Assembly (NCBI GenBank): GCA_937874465.1
Contig: CALNAX010000059.1
Coordinates: forward strand, 26,000 to 89,999
Direction of reading: 5' to 3'
DNA length: 64,000 bases
Source of the DNA: an uncultured Bacillales bacterium
Lineage (GTDB): Bacteria; Bacillota_I; Bacilli_A; RFN20; CAG-288
In this document: in pieces, positions 45,304-59,134 of the stretch
How positions within the stretch are numbered: the stretch's first letter is position 1
Layout of the letters: each line of letters begins with the position of its first letter
Translations under genes and position numbers: made by a program
The notes under the pieces: model-generated
What the model saw: the letters and a program-made list of their open reading frames with translations, nothing else
Database searches by the model: none
What the model was told of the DNA's origin: nothing

Positions 45304-45651
45304 TTACTGTAGCCTAATGCCGTCGATGTATAGGTTTAGCGATTTCAGTGCGTAACCTTTTTCTTTCACAATATACTCGATTGTTTGCCGAACTGTCATC
45401 GCCACTGCCGCGGCAGAGACCCTATAGCCAAGGATGATTCGAACCATGATGCGGACATCTCTTTGGCGTTCTAGCCGCAAGCTCACGCCGCCTCTTTCGA
45501 GGCTGAATGAATGAGTGCCGATCAAGCCTTTAAAAGAGGAACCGGAAGCGAAGGCCACAACCCCATAACAGGAAGCGACTCCGTCCCGGATGGCCGTCGC
45601 AAGCTGTGATGCCCTGAGTTTCAGTTCTTTGCCCGAAAGCATCCGCGCCAT
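45304..45651 (-). CDS. Asp23/Gls24-family protein (YloU-like, 115 aa)
   Basis: The position upstream of yloV fits. The ATG at 45651 is preceded by AAGGGGG. Confidence 0.8.
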   Translation of the reverse strand: MARMLSGKELKLRASQLATAIRDGVASCYGVVAFASGSSFKGLIGTHSFSLERGGVSLRLERQRDVRIMVRIILGYRVSAAAVAMTVRQTIEYIVKEKGYALKSLNLYIDGIRLQ

Positions 45652-46084
45652 AGCTACGGCCCCCTTAAAAAGCGACAAGATTATAAATAAGGTAGAGGAC
45701 TTTGGCAAATACTCACCATTGAAGGCCGGCCAGGGGTTGGCAAGGCAATTTCGAGAAACAATTTTCTAATAAAGGCGAAGAATCACTTTTCGGTTTCAAA
45801 ACCGATGGATGCCTAACCATGGACGTTGGTTCATGAAACGATAGGTGTTTCTCAGACATTAATGAATTTAACAGTCAATAAAGGGAAACCAATGATTAGC
45901 CAACTTCTTATCTATCACTACGTTGTATTCACAATGCCTTAACCAAAAAACGCGATTTCCATAAGCGAATGTCAAGCAATCGCGATGAAACGATAGGTAT
46001 TTTGCATATTTTTTATAATAGTTTTTGTCATTGGATTGTATACTTAAAAGTGAATTTGACGTAAAGGAAGGAAGGATCGGAAAT

Positions 46085-46333
46085 ATGGCAGACAGTGAAA
46101 ACGCAAAAGAAGCCCCAAAGAGCGACGAGAAGAGGACCTACCACGTAACCAAGAACGCGGAGACCGGGAGATGGCAAGTGTTTCTGGAGAATGGAACCAG
46201 GGCCATATTTACGTTCGCGACGCAGAAGGAAGCGATAGCCAAAGCCAAGGAATTGTCCAAGAAGAATGACCGGAGCTTCGTGATCCACAAGACCAACGGT
46301 GCCATCCGCAAGAAGGATTACTCCAAGAAGTAA
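46085..46333 (+). CDS. DUF2188-like small protein (82 aa)
   Basis: GRWQVFLENGTRAIFTFATQKEAIAKAKELSKK...FVIHKTNGAI matches the DUF2188 pattern as I remember it. The ATG at 46085 is preceded by AAGGAAGGAAGGA. Confidence 0.6.
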   Translation: MADSENAKEAPKSDEKRTYHVTKNAETGRWQVFLENGTRAIFTFATQKEAIAKAKELSKKNDRSFVIHKTNGAIRKKDYSKK

Positions 46334-46417
46334 AACCATCTCCTTCCCGTTTTGAGGCCTCGCATTGGGAATGCGAAGCCTTTTTCTTTACAATGAATCC
46401 GGAAGGGAAGGAAGAAC

Positions 46418-47245
46418 ATGAACACAATCCCAAACGTGAAGCTGAATTCCGGCTATGAGATGCCAATGGTTGGCCTTGGAGTCTATAAGGCTTCGCCGTC
46501 AGAGACAGTGCAGGCGGTGGAATGGGCCTTGAAGGGTGGCTACCGTCATATCGATACAGCTTCCTTGTACAAGAACGAGAAGGAGGTCGGAGAGGCGATT
46601 AAGGATTCGGGATTGGCTAGAGCCGAGATCTTCGTTACCACCAAGATCTGGAATGATGACATAGTTTCCGAAAGGTCAGTCGAAGCCTTAAAGGAAAGCC
46701 TATACAGGCTAGGCATGGACTATGTGGATCTTCTCTTGATCCATTGGCCGGTCAAGGGATGGCAAAAGGCTTACGTCGACCTGGCCGAATGCGTGGACAA
46801 GGGCCTCATAAGAAGCCTGGGCGTATCCAATTTCAAGACGCATCACCTCGAAGCCATAAAGGGCATCTCCAAGCTGGTGCCCGCCATAGACCAAGTGGAA
46901 ACCCATGTCTATTTCCAGGAGAAGGACATCCTCGAATACTGCAAGTCCAATGGCATAACCATGGAAGCCTGGCGACCCCTTGGCGGAGCGGGATCAAGGG
47001 AATTGGTTGATCCAACCCTGGTTGCGATCGCCAAGGCCCACACCGTCTCCCCCGCCCAAGTGGCCCTGAAGTGGAACGTCCAGCGCGGCGTCATAGTGAT
47101 ACCAAAGTCAGTCCATCAGGATCGAATCAAGAGCAACATCGATTTGTTCTCCTTCGATCTTTCCGGCGAGGAGATGGAGGCCATATCCAGCCTAGACAGA
47201 AAAGACGGTCGCGAAGGGCGCGATCCAGACGAATATGGCCAATGA
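46418..47245 (+). CDS. Aldo/keto reductase (275 aa)
   Basis: The AKR catalytic context is present (GYRHIDTASLYKNE, LLIHWP), and the length is like that of 2,5-diketo-D-gluconate reductases. Confidence 0.9.
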   Translation: MNTIPNVKLNSGYEMPMVGLGVYKASPSETVQAVEWALKGGYRHIDTASLYKNEKEVGEAIKDSGLARAEIFVTTKIWNDDIVSERSVEALKESLYRLGMDYVDLLLIHWPVKGWQKAYVDLAECVDKGLIRSLGVSNFKTHHLEAIKGISKLVPAIDQVETHVYFQEKDILEYCKSNGITMEAWRPLGGAGSRELVDPTLVAIAKAHTVSPAQVALKWNVQRGVIVIPKSVHQDRIKSNIDLFSFDLSGEEMEAISSLDRKDGREGRDPDEYGQ

Positions 47246-47278
47246 AAAAACAGCCACTTCGATAGTGGCTGTTTTTTT
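47245..47278. terminator. Bidirectional rho-independent terminator between convergent genes
   Basis: AAAAAA-CAGCCACT-tcgat-AGTGGCTG-TTTTTTT. Confidence 0.8.
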
Positions 47279-47292
47279 GTTTGAGGTGCAGT

Positions 47293-49563
47293 CTACTTTA
47301 TGTCTTCGATTCCAGCGGCCAGCTCCTTAAGGGAATAGGAGGAATACTCGCTGTACTTGGCGTGGCTGCCCAAAAGGTTGTCCTCGATACCATTCAACTC
47401 GGAGACCTGGGAGGTTATGGTTGTTTCCAAACTCGCTAGGTCGTCGGAAGAAGCAGCATCCAAGATGGCCTGTTTGTCTTTCGCAAGATAGGTTTGGGTC
47501 TGCGCTGCCAAGATGGCTTCGATGGCGGAAGTAGCATCGGCGGAGGCATTGATCTCTGCCTTGCCGACCGCTAAGGCAGCAGCCACGGAAACGCCTTCGA
47601 CAGTGGTCACCGAAGCCATGTCGTCACTCAGGGCCTTAAGATCGTCGTAGGCGCTGTCGGACGTGACGTTGGCGGCGATGTAATCGCCCAGGGCCTTGGC
47701 TCCAGCAGTCGGATTGGTAACGGACAGGGAATCCCACTGGGCGGAGTAGGAGGCCAGGCTGTCGCCTTCGGCATAGGAGGCATAGTCGGTAGTCGTTGAC
47801 TGAGTGGTGGAAAGCGCGCTGACCATGGCGTCTATATCTTCTTTGGTGGCACCGGAAGCGGAGGCGGTTTCTATCAAGGCCGCATTGGCATCGTTGGTCG
47901 TCTTCAAGGCCGCAGTCTGGTCAGTCAAGAAGGAGGTGAGGGAGGCCAGGGCATTGGCCCCGCCCTGTTCGGTCACCCCTTCGTTGAAATCGGCAAACTT
48001 CACCACATCCCCAAAGACATCTTCGACGTTATCGGCGGTTATCGCGCTGCCCTTGTCCTCAAAGGTGCTTTCGACCTTCCCAGCCGCCTCCAGGCCTTGG
48101 TTATAAAGCTTATGGAAGGCATCACCGTAGGTCTCATCGGTCGCCGAGGCGGAGAAGTAATCGCCAAGCTCGAACTTCACCGCATCCGATAGTCCGGCAT
48201 ATTCGGTGGCCAAATCGTCCAAGGTCTTCTTGAAGTCGGAAGTTATCGAGATGTTCTCGGTGTATACGGAAGTATCGGAGGAGAAGAAAGCGGTAGGGAC
48301 ATACTTGCCGGCCTTGGCAAAGAACGCCGTGAACCCATCGTTGGTTTCCTTGAAGGCGGTGTATTTGGAACTCACGTCGGTGAAGTAATCATCGTCCAGG
48401 ATGGTATAGGATGTGTCGAAATCCAAGGCGAAGTTGACATCGACAGCGACGGAAAGCCCAAAAACGGAAACGTCCAGGCCCAAGTCAAAGCTTACGGAAG
48501 AAAGATCGCTGAAGCCTTCGTCGTTCTTGTACACCCCAAAGGAGGCCGCAACTTTGCTTAGGCTCAAGGCGCCGCCGAGGGAAACGCTGTCAGCCAAGTA
48601 GGAGTTGGCCAGGGCCAAGCCAGAGGCACCGACACTCAGGTCAACGGTATTGTAGGAAACGCCGTCGTCACCGACTGTCGCCGTCTGGCCAATGGTGAAA
48701 CCGGAGCCAAGGACGGCAAGCGCCTGACCGATGGTGGTATCGCCAAGATCGAAGGAAGCGGGAATCAGGGAAAGGTAGGGGCTAAGGTCCACACCCCCTT
48801 CCCCGCCTTCATAACTTCCCAAGATGGCACCGATGTTAGAGGCAAGACCGCTAACATCGGGCAAGGAAACATCAGCGCTCGCCAAAGCCCTAAGATCCTC
48901 TTCGCCGCCGTTCTCCTCGGTGGCCGAGACATAGGCCGTCTGACCGCCAAGGTAGGCGAAATTGATCTTTTCGTGGGGAATGGTATCAGCGGTGTAGCCA
49001 TCGGTAGCAGAGGTATAAGGATAATAAGCCGAAGTCAGGGTCTGATACCCAGCAGGAACAGAATCGACACCATCAAAACTCAATAGACTGGAAGGCAAAT
49101 TAGTCAAAGACCCCATACCCAAAAGATTGGCTTTGGCTTGGGAAAGGTTTGTCGCCTCATCGCTATCGATGCCTTTCCAAAGATCGACGGAAAAATAGGC
49201 ATTGCTTTCGGTGCCGCTAGAAGCACCGCCAGCGGTCTGCGCGTAGGCAACAGAAACAGGGGCATTGATATTGGCAATGGGCAACGGATAAGAGCCACCA
49301 AGATTCGCATTGATTCCAAAAGACAACGTACCGTTCCTTTGGACATTGCGTTGCTCTACTTCAGGCTCACTTGAGGAACTGGAAGAAGACGAACCGGAAG
49401 AAGACGAGGAAGAGGACGACGATATGCTGGAAGAGGTAGAGGAGGAAGCTGAGGAAGACGTCGATACCGAAGTTTGACTAGAGGTTGAGGAAATACCCTC
49501 ACCGCATGACGCCAAGAGCAATGCGGGAGCCAGCGCCAGCACTAATAGATTAGCCTTTTTCAT
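47293..49563 (-). CDS. Large acidic surface lipoprotein with a poly-Ser linker (756 aa), function unknown
   Basis: The signal peptide and lipobox are MKKANLLVLALAPALLLAS|C. A Ser-rich tract of about 45 aa follows. ATG at 49563. Confidence 0.85.
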   Translation of the reverse strand: MKKANLLVLALAPALLLASCGEGISSTSSQTSVSTSSSASSSTSSSISSSSSSSSSGSSSSSSSSEPEVEQRNVQRNGTLSFGINANLGGSYPLPIANINAPVSVAYAQTAGGASSGTESNAYFSVDLWKGIDSDEATNLSQAKANLLGMGSLTNLPSSLLSFDGVDSVPAGYQTLTSAYYPYTSATDGYTADTIPHEKINFAYLGGQTAYVSATEENGGEEDLRALASADVSLPDVSGLASNIGAILGSYEGGEGGVDLSPYLSLIPASFDLGDTTIGQALAVLGSGFTIGQTATVGDDGVSYNTVDLSVGASGLALANSYLADSVSLGGALSLSKVAASFGVYKNDEGFSDLSSVSFDLGLDVSVFGLSVAVDVNFALDFDTSYTILDDDYFTDVSSKYTAFKETNDGFTAFFAKAGKYVPTAFFSSDTSVYTENISITSDFKKTLDDLATEYAGLSDAVKFELGDYFSASATDETYGDAFHKLYNQGLEAAGKVESTFEDKGSAITADNVEDVFGDVVKFADFNEGVTEQGGANALASLTSFLTDQTAALKTTNDANAALIETASASGATKEDIDAMVSALSTTQSTTTDYASYAEGDSLASYSAQWDSLSVTNPTAGAKALGDYIAANVTSDSAYDDLKALSDDMASVTTVEGVSVAAALAVGKAEINASADATSAIEAILAAQTQTYLAKDKQAILDAASSDDLASLETTITSQVSELNGIEDNLLGSHAKYSEYSSYSLKELAAGIEDIK

Positions 49564-49750
49564 CGTATGTAAATATCCTTTCCATAGGTCCAAAAGATCC
49601 GGACCATGGTTATGGTAGTTTCAAATCCAGGGTAAGTCTAATGTTATTTTTCGGCATAGTTTCATAAGGAAACTATCGTTTCTGATTTCTTCCCTATGAG
49701 ACCAGCATATAAGTTTGTGCAACAAAAAGACAAATCCATATACGAAAAAA

Positions 49751-49861
49751 GCGGCGGCTGGCTATCTTCAGGGTCTTGCGGCCCTTATTTTCGCTGCGAT
49801 GGCGCTTGACTTCCGTGTTCGGTATGGGAACGGGTATGTCCGCCACGCATTAGCCGCCGCG
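49751..49861 (-). rRNA. rrf: 5S rRNA
   Basis: The reverse complement contains the conserved CCGAACACGGAAGTCAAGC core, and the terminal helix is GCGGCGGCT/AGCCGCCGC. Confidence 0.9.
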
Positions 49862-50009
49862 TCTCGATTGAGAGACTCGGTCACCTAAGGATGGTCCCTG
49901 GAAACCGCGTAAAGCACATTGTTAGAAGATCCGAATCCTTTTGAGGACTCACAATAAAAAGCTTCCTAGTGCGCCGCTTTATGAAAACGGCAAATCAGAA
50001 AAGCCAAGC

Positions 50010-52925
<2,916 letters not shown>

Positions 52926-53304
52926 GTTTTATAGCTTGTTCTTCTTAGAGTCATCGTCTTGGTATTACCCAAGACATAACTGTTGTCGTTCCCTTAAGGC
53001 TTGCGCCCTAAGAAAACTTGAAATATTTTGGTATTTCCTGACTGTCTCTGGCTCGGAAAACTCTCATTTTGCTGAGAACCTTCCTCGACAGAAAGATCTT
53101 CTAATGTGCTTCGCGCGGTTTCCAAGGACCATCCGGAGAGAGCAAAGCTTTTTTCAAAAGAAAAAAGCCTCGATCCCTCGAGACCCGGCAGAACAATTAC
53201 AGATGACGAATCGCAGTAACGAAACTAACGGAAAACCATAACGCTGACCGGTATGACGGTCTTTGTCAAAGCTTCCAAAACACTGCTGATCTAATTTTCT
53301 CCAT

Positions 53305-54832
<1,528 letters not shown>

Positions 54833-55056
54833 AATTGAAGCTTTATAGCAAAGAGAACGATTCAAGCCGGAACGAGCGCTATGCTTTTTCCGTGTTATTA
54901 ACGTTAACCGCAATCCGTCGAAATGTTCGTTTTCGAAGCACCTTTTTGCAGTACCCGAATAAAACTATTTCTACATCTTGTGATGTATTCTGTAATGTTC
55001 TGCTGGGTTTCCAAGGATCGATTTATCGCCGGCCCTTCTCAGGGACAGCGTGTTAG

Positions 55057-55085
55057 ATTATAGGGCTCGCAATTCTTGGCGTCAA
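55057..55085 (-). promoter_or_regulatory. rrn promoter (proximal)
   Basis: Minus strand TTGACG (55085-55080), 17-nt spacer, TATAAT (55062-55057). Confidence 0.6.
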
Positions 55086-55192
55086 GAACTTTTTGAAGGA
55101 ATTTTGGAAGTGCTTTACCAAGAACTGATCGTCCTACCGGCCCCTCCACCGACCTGGCGTTTCAAGCGCCCGTTCGGCGAAGTGCAATTAGT

Positions 55193-55221
55193 ATTTAAAC
55201 ACCCACCATAGGGCATTGCAA
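55193..55221 (-). promoter_or_regulatory. rrn promoter candidate (distal, tandem)
   Basis: Minus strand TTGCAA (55221-55216), 17-nt spacer, TTAAAT (55198-55193). It lies just downstream of the rpiB terminator. Confidence 0.35.
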
Positions 55222-55235
55222 CAAGAAAATGATTC

Positions 55236-55268
55236 TAAAAATTAAAAGGGGCTTGTTAACCCCCTTTA
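55236..55268 (-). terminator. Rho-independent terminator after rpiB
   Basis: Minus strand AAAGGGG-gttaacaag-CCCCTTT followed by TAATTTTT. Confidence 0.6.
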
Positions 55269-55301
55269 AGCATTAAAACCTTTGTATTTTGCTTTTTTTG
55301 C

Positions 55302-55778
55302 CTATTTGCCTATTTCCGGATCTTTTCCTTCCTGGATTTTTCCTATCTCTTTGACCCTCCTGGCGTGTCTATCGCCAAGGAAACCGGCTTTCATATAGGC
55401 GTCAATCATCACAATCATTTGCTCGGGAGTGAAATAGTGGGCCCCAAAGGTAATTACATTGGCATCGTTGTGCTCTTTGGCCAAGCGGGCAACATCGTTG
55501 TTATATAGGAGTGCAGCCCGGATTCCCTCCACCTTGTTAGCGGCCATTTCCATGCCAATCCCCGTATTGCAAATGAGAATCCCAAAGTCGGCCTTCTTCA
55601 TAGCCACGTCTTTTGCAACCTTATAGGCATAGATGGGATAGTCACACGAATCCTTGGTATAGGTGCCTCTATCGTTAACGGCAATACCCAGACTTTTTAG
55701 ATGGAAAACTATAGCCGCCTTGGCGTCTACGCCTCCGTGATCAGAGCCTATGGATATCGCCTTGTACTTCGCTTCCAT
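55302..55778 (-). CDS. rpiB: Ribose-5-phosphate isomerase B (RpiB/LacAB family, 158 aa)
   Basis: The IGSDHGG motif is present. The ATG at 55778 is preceded by AAAGGAGAAGGAG. An alternative ATG exists at 55802. Confidence 0.88.
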   Translation of the reverse strand: MEAKYKAISIGSDHGGVDAKAAIVFHLKSLGIAVNDRGTYTKDSCDYPIYAYKVAKDVAMKKADFGILICNTGIGMEMAANKVEGIRAALLYNNDVARLAKEHNDANVITFGAHYFTPEQMIVMIDAYMKAGFLGDRHARRVKEIGKIQEGKDPEIGK

Positions 55779-55852
55779 CTCCTTCTCCTTTCTCGTTTTC
55801 ATTAATTCCTATTATATATAGAAAAAGTCTCCCACTTGGGGAGACTGGACAA

Positions 55853-56455
55853 TCAACTATTCCAGACCTTGTTTATGGCTTCGGCAGAGACATTGCCTTG
55901 ACGCAATATCTTCGGCTCATCACCGGTAAGGAGTACGACAGTTGAGGGAACTCCTCCACCGGCCTTGTCATCTATTACGCCATCCAGATCGTCCCCAAAT
56001 ACCTTTTGTATCTCGCCAGCCGAACTGCAAGGCTTTTCGCCAGACCTGTTGGCGGAAGGGACCAATAGAGGAACTCCAGTCTTTGCCAACAGGGCCTGAA
56101 GTTTGGCATGGGCGGGAACCCTTATCCCCAAGGTGGGGCCATTAAGGGTCACATAGCCAGGGACAGTGTCCTTCTTCTTGAGAATAACCGTTATTTCGCC
56201 AGGCAGGAAAGCCGCGATAATCTTTTGCTGTCTGGGAGTCACATAAGCATACTTGTCGATCTCGTCCTTAGACCAAAGCATCATGGTGAAAGGCTTGGTG
56301 GCAGGACGCCTCTTTACCTTTATCAGCCTGTCGAAGGAAGCCTTGTTGTCGAACCGGCAACCAATGCCGAAAACGGTCTCGGTCGGAAAGGCGACTAGCC
56401 CTCCGTCCCTAAGAATCTTGGCAGCTTCAGCGGAATCAAAAGAAAATAGTTTCAT
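55853..56455 (-). CDS. tsaC: L-threonylcarbamoyladenylate synthase (YrdC/TsaC-type, 200 aa)
   Basis: The YrdC-domain motifs are GGLVAFPTETVFG, GPTLGIRVP and SANRSGE. Confidence 0.85.
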   Translation of the reverse strand: MKLFSFDSAEAAKILRDGGLVAFPTETVFGIGCRFDNKASFDRLIKVKRRPATKPFTMMLWSKDEIDKYAYVTPRQQKIIAAFLPGEITVILKKKDTVPGYVTLNGPTLGIRVPAHAKLQALLAKTGVPLLVPSANRSGEKPCSSAGEIQKVFGDDLDGVIDDKAGGGVPSTVVLLTGDEPKILRQGNVSAEAINKVWNS

Positions 56456-56568
56456 TTTTTACCAAAACCTCGCAGAGATTATATTCTCAGTCTCACTTTG
56501 GAGGTCACTCATAAGCAACAGAAGGATAAGGCTATGGAAGTATAATAAAACGACGAGGAAAAGCATTA

Positions 56569-58650
56569 ATGAAAAAACTCATCAAGGCCCTGGGATTCAC
56601 GTTGCTTGGGTTGACGTTCTTATGGGCAGCAGCTGGCCTCACTTTGTTCCTTTGCTACATATATTTGGCAGGTTATACCCATTACGCTGCCGTAGGCTAC
56701 GTCGTGTTGATGTCGCTCTTTGCCTTGACCTTGATTGCGGTATCGGCCTTTGCCGTCAAGATGAAGAAAGTGCGCGACGCCGGAGAGCTCAAAGGTGCCG
56801 ACATTCTCGGAGGCGACATAAAGGAAGCCTATTCTTTCGGACAGGTGGGAATGCTAGTCACCGACGAGAAGGGGACGATAGTCTGGTACAACGAATATCT
56901 CGAAGACAACGGACTAAAGGCCATAGACGAACCTTTGGCCTCGGTATTCTCGGACATCTCCAAACTAAACGACAATCCCGACCCGGAGGCGACCATAAAG
57001 GTCTCCTTCGCCAACAGGGTCTTCTCGGTAAAGCTGATCAAGGAAGCCAATCTTTACATCTTCAAGGACATAACGAGATACGAAAGCCTTAAGGAAGTAT
57101 CCATCAATGAATCACCGGTGATCGGCTTCATGCAAATAGACAACTACTCTGACTTGAGCAGTTCGATGGAAGAGACGGCCTTCGCCGGCTTGATGAGCGA
57201 TTTGAGAAAGACCATCGGCGAGTTTGCCAACACCTATGACATGTATATAAGGTCAATAAAGCAGGATACATTCATGGTCTTGTGTGGCTTTGCAAGTTAC
57301 AAGAAAATGGCAGCCGATGGTTTTAGCGTCGTAGACATAGTGAGGGAAGCCTTCAGCGGCAAGATAACTTTGTCCCTCGGCTTCTCATATGGTTACCCTG
57401 ATTTCCCTAAGTTGGCCCAAAGCGCCAACGAATCGCTGGAAGTGGCCCTGTCCAGAGGCGGCGATCAGGTGGCAGTCAGCCCCTTTGGCGAGAACATGCT
57501 CTACATCGGCGGTAGCACCGAATCCAAAGGTTCCTTCAACCGCACCAAGATCCGGATTCTTTCCCAGTCTTTCATCACTACTGTCAAGAACGCGTCTAAT
57601 GTAATGGTGATCGGCCACTATATGGCGGATTTCGATTCAATCGGCGCCTGCCTAGGCGTAATGTCCATCTGCGATTCCATCGGGGTTCCCTGCAAGATAA
57701 TCTACGATGCCCAGAATGTCGAGAAGAACTGTCGCTATGCCTTCGCCAGGACCTTCTCGGATTCCGATATAAAGAAGATGACCGCCAATTACAACGAGGC
57801 CATCGACTTGATAAACGACAAGACACTGATAGTGGTAGTAGACATCAATTACCCCGATAGGCTGCTGTATCAAAATTTCGTCAGCAGCGATTCCAACGTG
57901 AAAGTGGCGATAATAGACCATCATCGTAGAAGCGACAGTTTCTTCAAGAATGTGGTCTTCAATGGCATCGATTCCTCCGCTTCCTCGGCTTGCGAGCTGG
58001 TCGCTTCCTATATCTCGGCCAGCCAGGTAAGGATATCCCTGCCGAAGGATTTCGCCACCTTCATGCTCGCCGGGACCATGGTCGATACGGATTGCTTCCG
58101 AAACAAGGTGACGCCTGCCACCTTTGAGGCGATGGCCGTATTGAAGAACTATGGGGCTGACACTGAGAAAGCCGATGAATTCATTAAAGAAGACTACGAG
58201 CAGTTCCAGATGAAGACCAAGATTTTGAACAATGCGGAGACGCCTTTCACCGGAGTGATGATCGCTACCGACCCCGACAAAAACGAATTGTTGGATCGGA
58301 CCATATTGGCTATAGTATCCCAGCAGGCGATGTCCATAAGCGGTTTCGACGCCTCGTTCACCTTGGGTCGGGTATCCGAGACCGAAATCGGCATTTCGGC
58401 GCGGTCAAACGGCGCGGTCAACGTTGAGCAGATAATGAGGAAGATGGGCGGAGGCGGGCATTTTGCGGCCGCTGCTGCTACTATAAAAGGGACCGACGTG
58501 GATAAGGTCAAGGAAGACCTTGTCGAAGTGCTTACCGATTATCTTCCCGATGCCAAGGATCGTAAGCGCATCACCCAAGGCACCAATTCGCTTACCTTTA
58601 CCGGTCCTTTGGAAGACATTAAGAAAACAAATGGAGGCAATCAAAAATGA
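56569..58650 (+). CDS. gdpP: GdpP-like membrane-anchored DHH/DHHA1 cyclic-di-AMP phosphodiesterase (693 aa)
   Basis: There are two N-terminal TM helices and a central degenerate GGDEF-like region. The DHH motifs are DFDSIGA and IDHHRR, and the DHHA1 motif is GGGHFAAAA. The synteny gdpP-rplI-dnaB is conserved. Confidence 0.85.
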   Translation: MKKLIKALGFTLLGLTFLWAAAGLTLFLCYIYLAGYTHYAAVGYVVLMSLFALTLIAVSAFAVKMKKVRDAGELKGADILGGDIKEAYSFGQVGMLVTDEKGTIVWYNEYLEDNGLKAIDEPLASVFSDISKLNDNPDPEATIKVSFANRVFSVKLIKEANLYIFKDITRYESLKEVSINESPVIGFMQIDNYSDLSSSMEETAFAGLMSDLRKTIGEFANTYDMYIRSIKQDTFMVLCGFASYKKMAADGFSVVDIVREAFSGKITLSLGFSYGYPDFPKLAQSANESLEVALSRGGDQVAVSPFGENMLYIGGSTESKGSFNRTKIRILSQSFITTVKNASNVMVIGHYMADFDSIGACLGVMSICDSIGVPCKIIYDAQNVEKNCRYAFARTFSDSDIKKMTANYNEAIDLINDKTLIVVVDINYPDRLLYQNFVSSDSNVKVAIIDHHRRSDSFFKNVVFNGIDSSASSACELVASYISASQVRISLPKDFATFMLAGTMVDTDCFRNKVTPATFEAMAVLKNYGADTEKADEFIKEDYEQFQMKTKILNNAETPFTGVMIATDPDKNELLDRTILAIVSQQAMSISGFDASFTLGRVSETEIGISARSNGAVNVEQIMRKMGGGGHFAAAAATIKGTDVDKVKEDLVEVLTDYLPDAKDRKRITQGTNSLTFTGPLEDIKKTNGGNQK

Positions 58651-59108
58651 AGGTACTTTTGAAGAAAGATTTGAATAAGGTCGGGAAAGCTGGCCAAGTC
58701 GTTGAGGTCTCGGATGGCTATGGGGCCAATTTCATCGTGCCCAAGGGATATGGCGTCCTCTTCACTCAGCAAGCCCTTCATGAGCGCGAACAGGAACTGG
58801 CCCAAGAAGCGGCGGAGAACGCCAAGAGGGTTGCCCAAGCCAAGGATTTGGCCCAACAGCTCTCCAATATCACTTTCAAGTTCCAGGCTTCGGTTGGAAG
58901 CAGGGGTGCCATGATCGGGACCGTTTCGATCAAGGAACTGAAGAAGGCATTGAAAGAGAAGTTGGGCATATCCGTCGAAAAGGAAGATTTCCCGGAACAC
59001 AACCTCGTCAACGCGTTCGGCCTTAGCCATGTCAAGGTCGAATTGTACAAAGGCGTATATGGCATAATGAACGTATTGGTCGAGCCAAAGCCTTCAGGCA
59101 AGAAATAA
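58647..59108 (+). CDS. rplI: 50S ribosomal protein L9
   Basis: MKVLLKKDLNKVGKAGQVVEVSDGYGANFIVPKG is a canonical L9 N-terminus. An ATGA overlap joins it to gdpP. Confidence 0.93.
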   Translation: MKVLLKKDLNKVGKAGQVVEVSDGYGANFIVPKGYGVLFTQQALHEREQELAQEAAENAKRVAQAKDLAQQLSNITFKFQASVGSRGAMIGTVSIKELKKALKEKLGISVEKEDFPEHNLVNAFGLSHVKVELYKGVYGIMNVLVEPKPSGKK

Positions 59109-59134
59109 CATCAAGACAAAAGGAGGGCTAAGCG

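Noticed and set aside
45833-45998. The TGAAAC in the repeated motif as an ECF sigma (SigW-like TGAAAC-N16-CGTA) promoter, or as a CcpA cre site.
   Set aside because: No CGTA/CGTC -10 element lies at the required spacing in any of the three copies. The cre consensus TGWNANCGNTNWCA is out of register, with the CG at positions 6-7 rather than 7-8.
45709-46084. An expected rpmB (L28) gene divergent from the asp23/yloV pair, as in Bacillus.
   Set aside because: No L28-like ORF exists on either strand in this spacer. The next plus-strand gene is a DUF2188-like protein.
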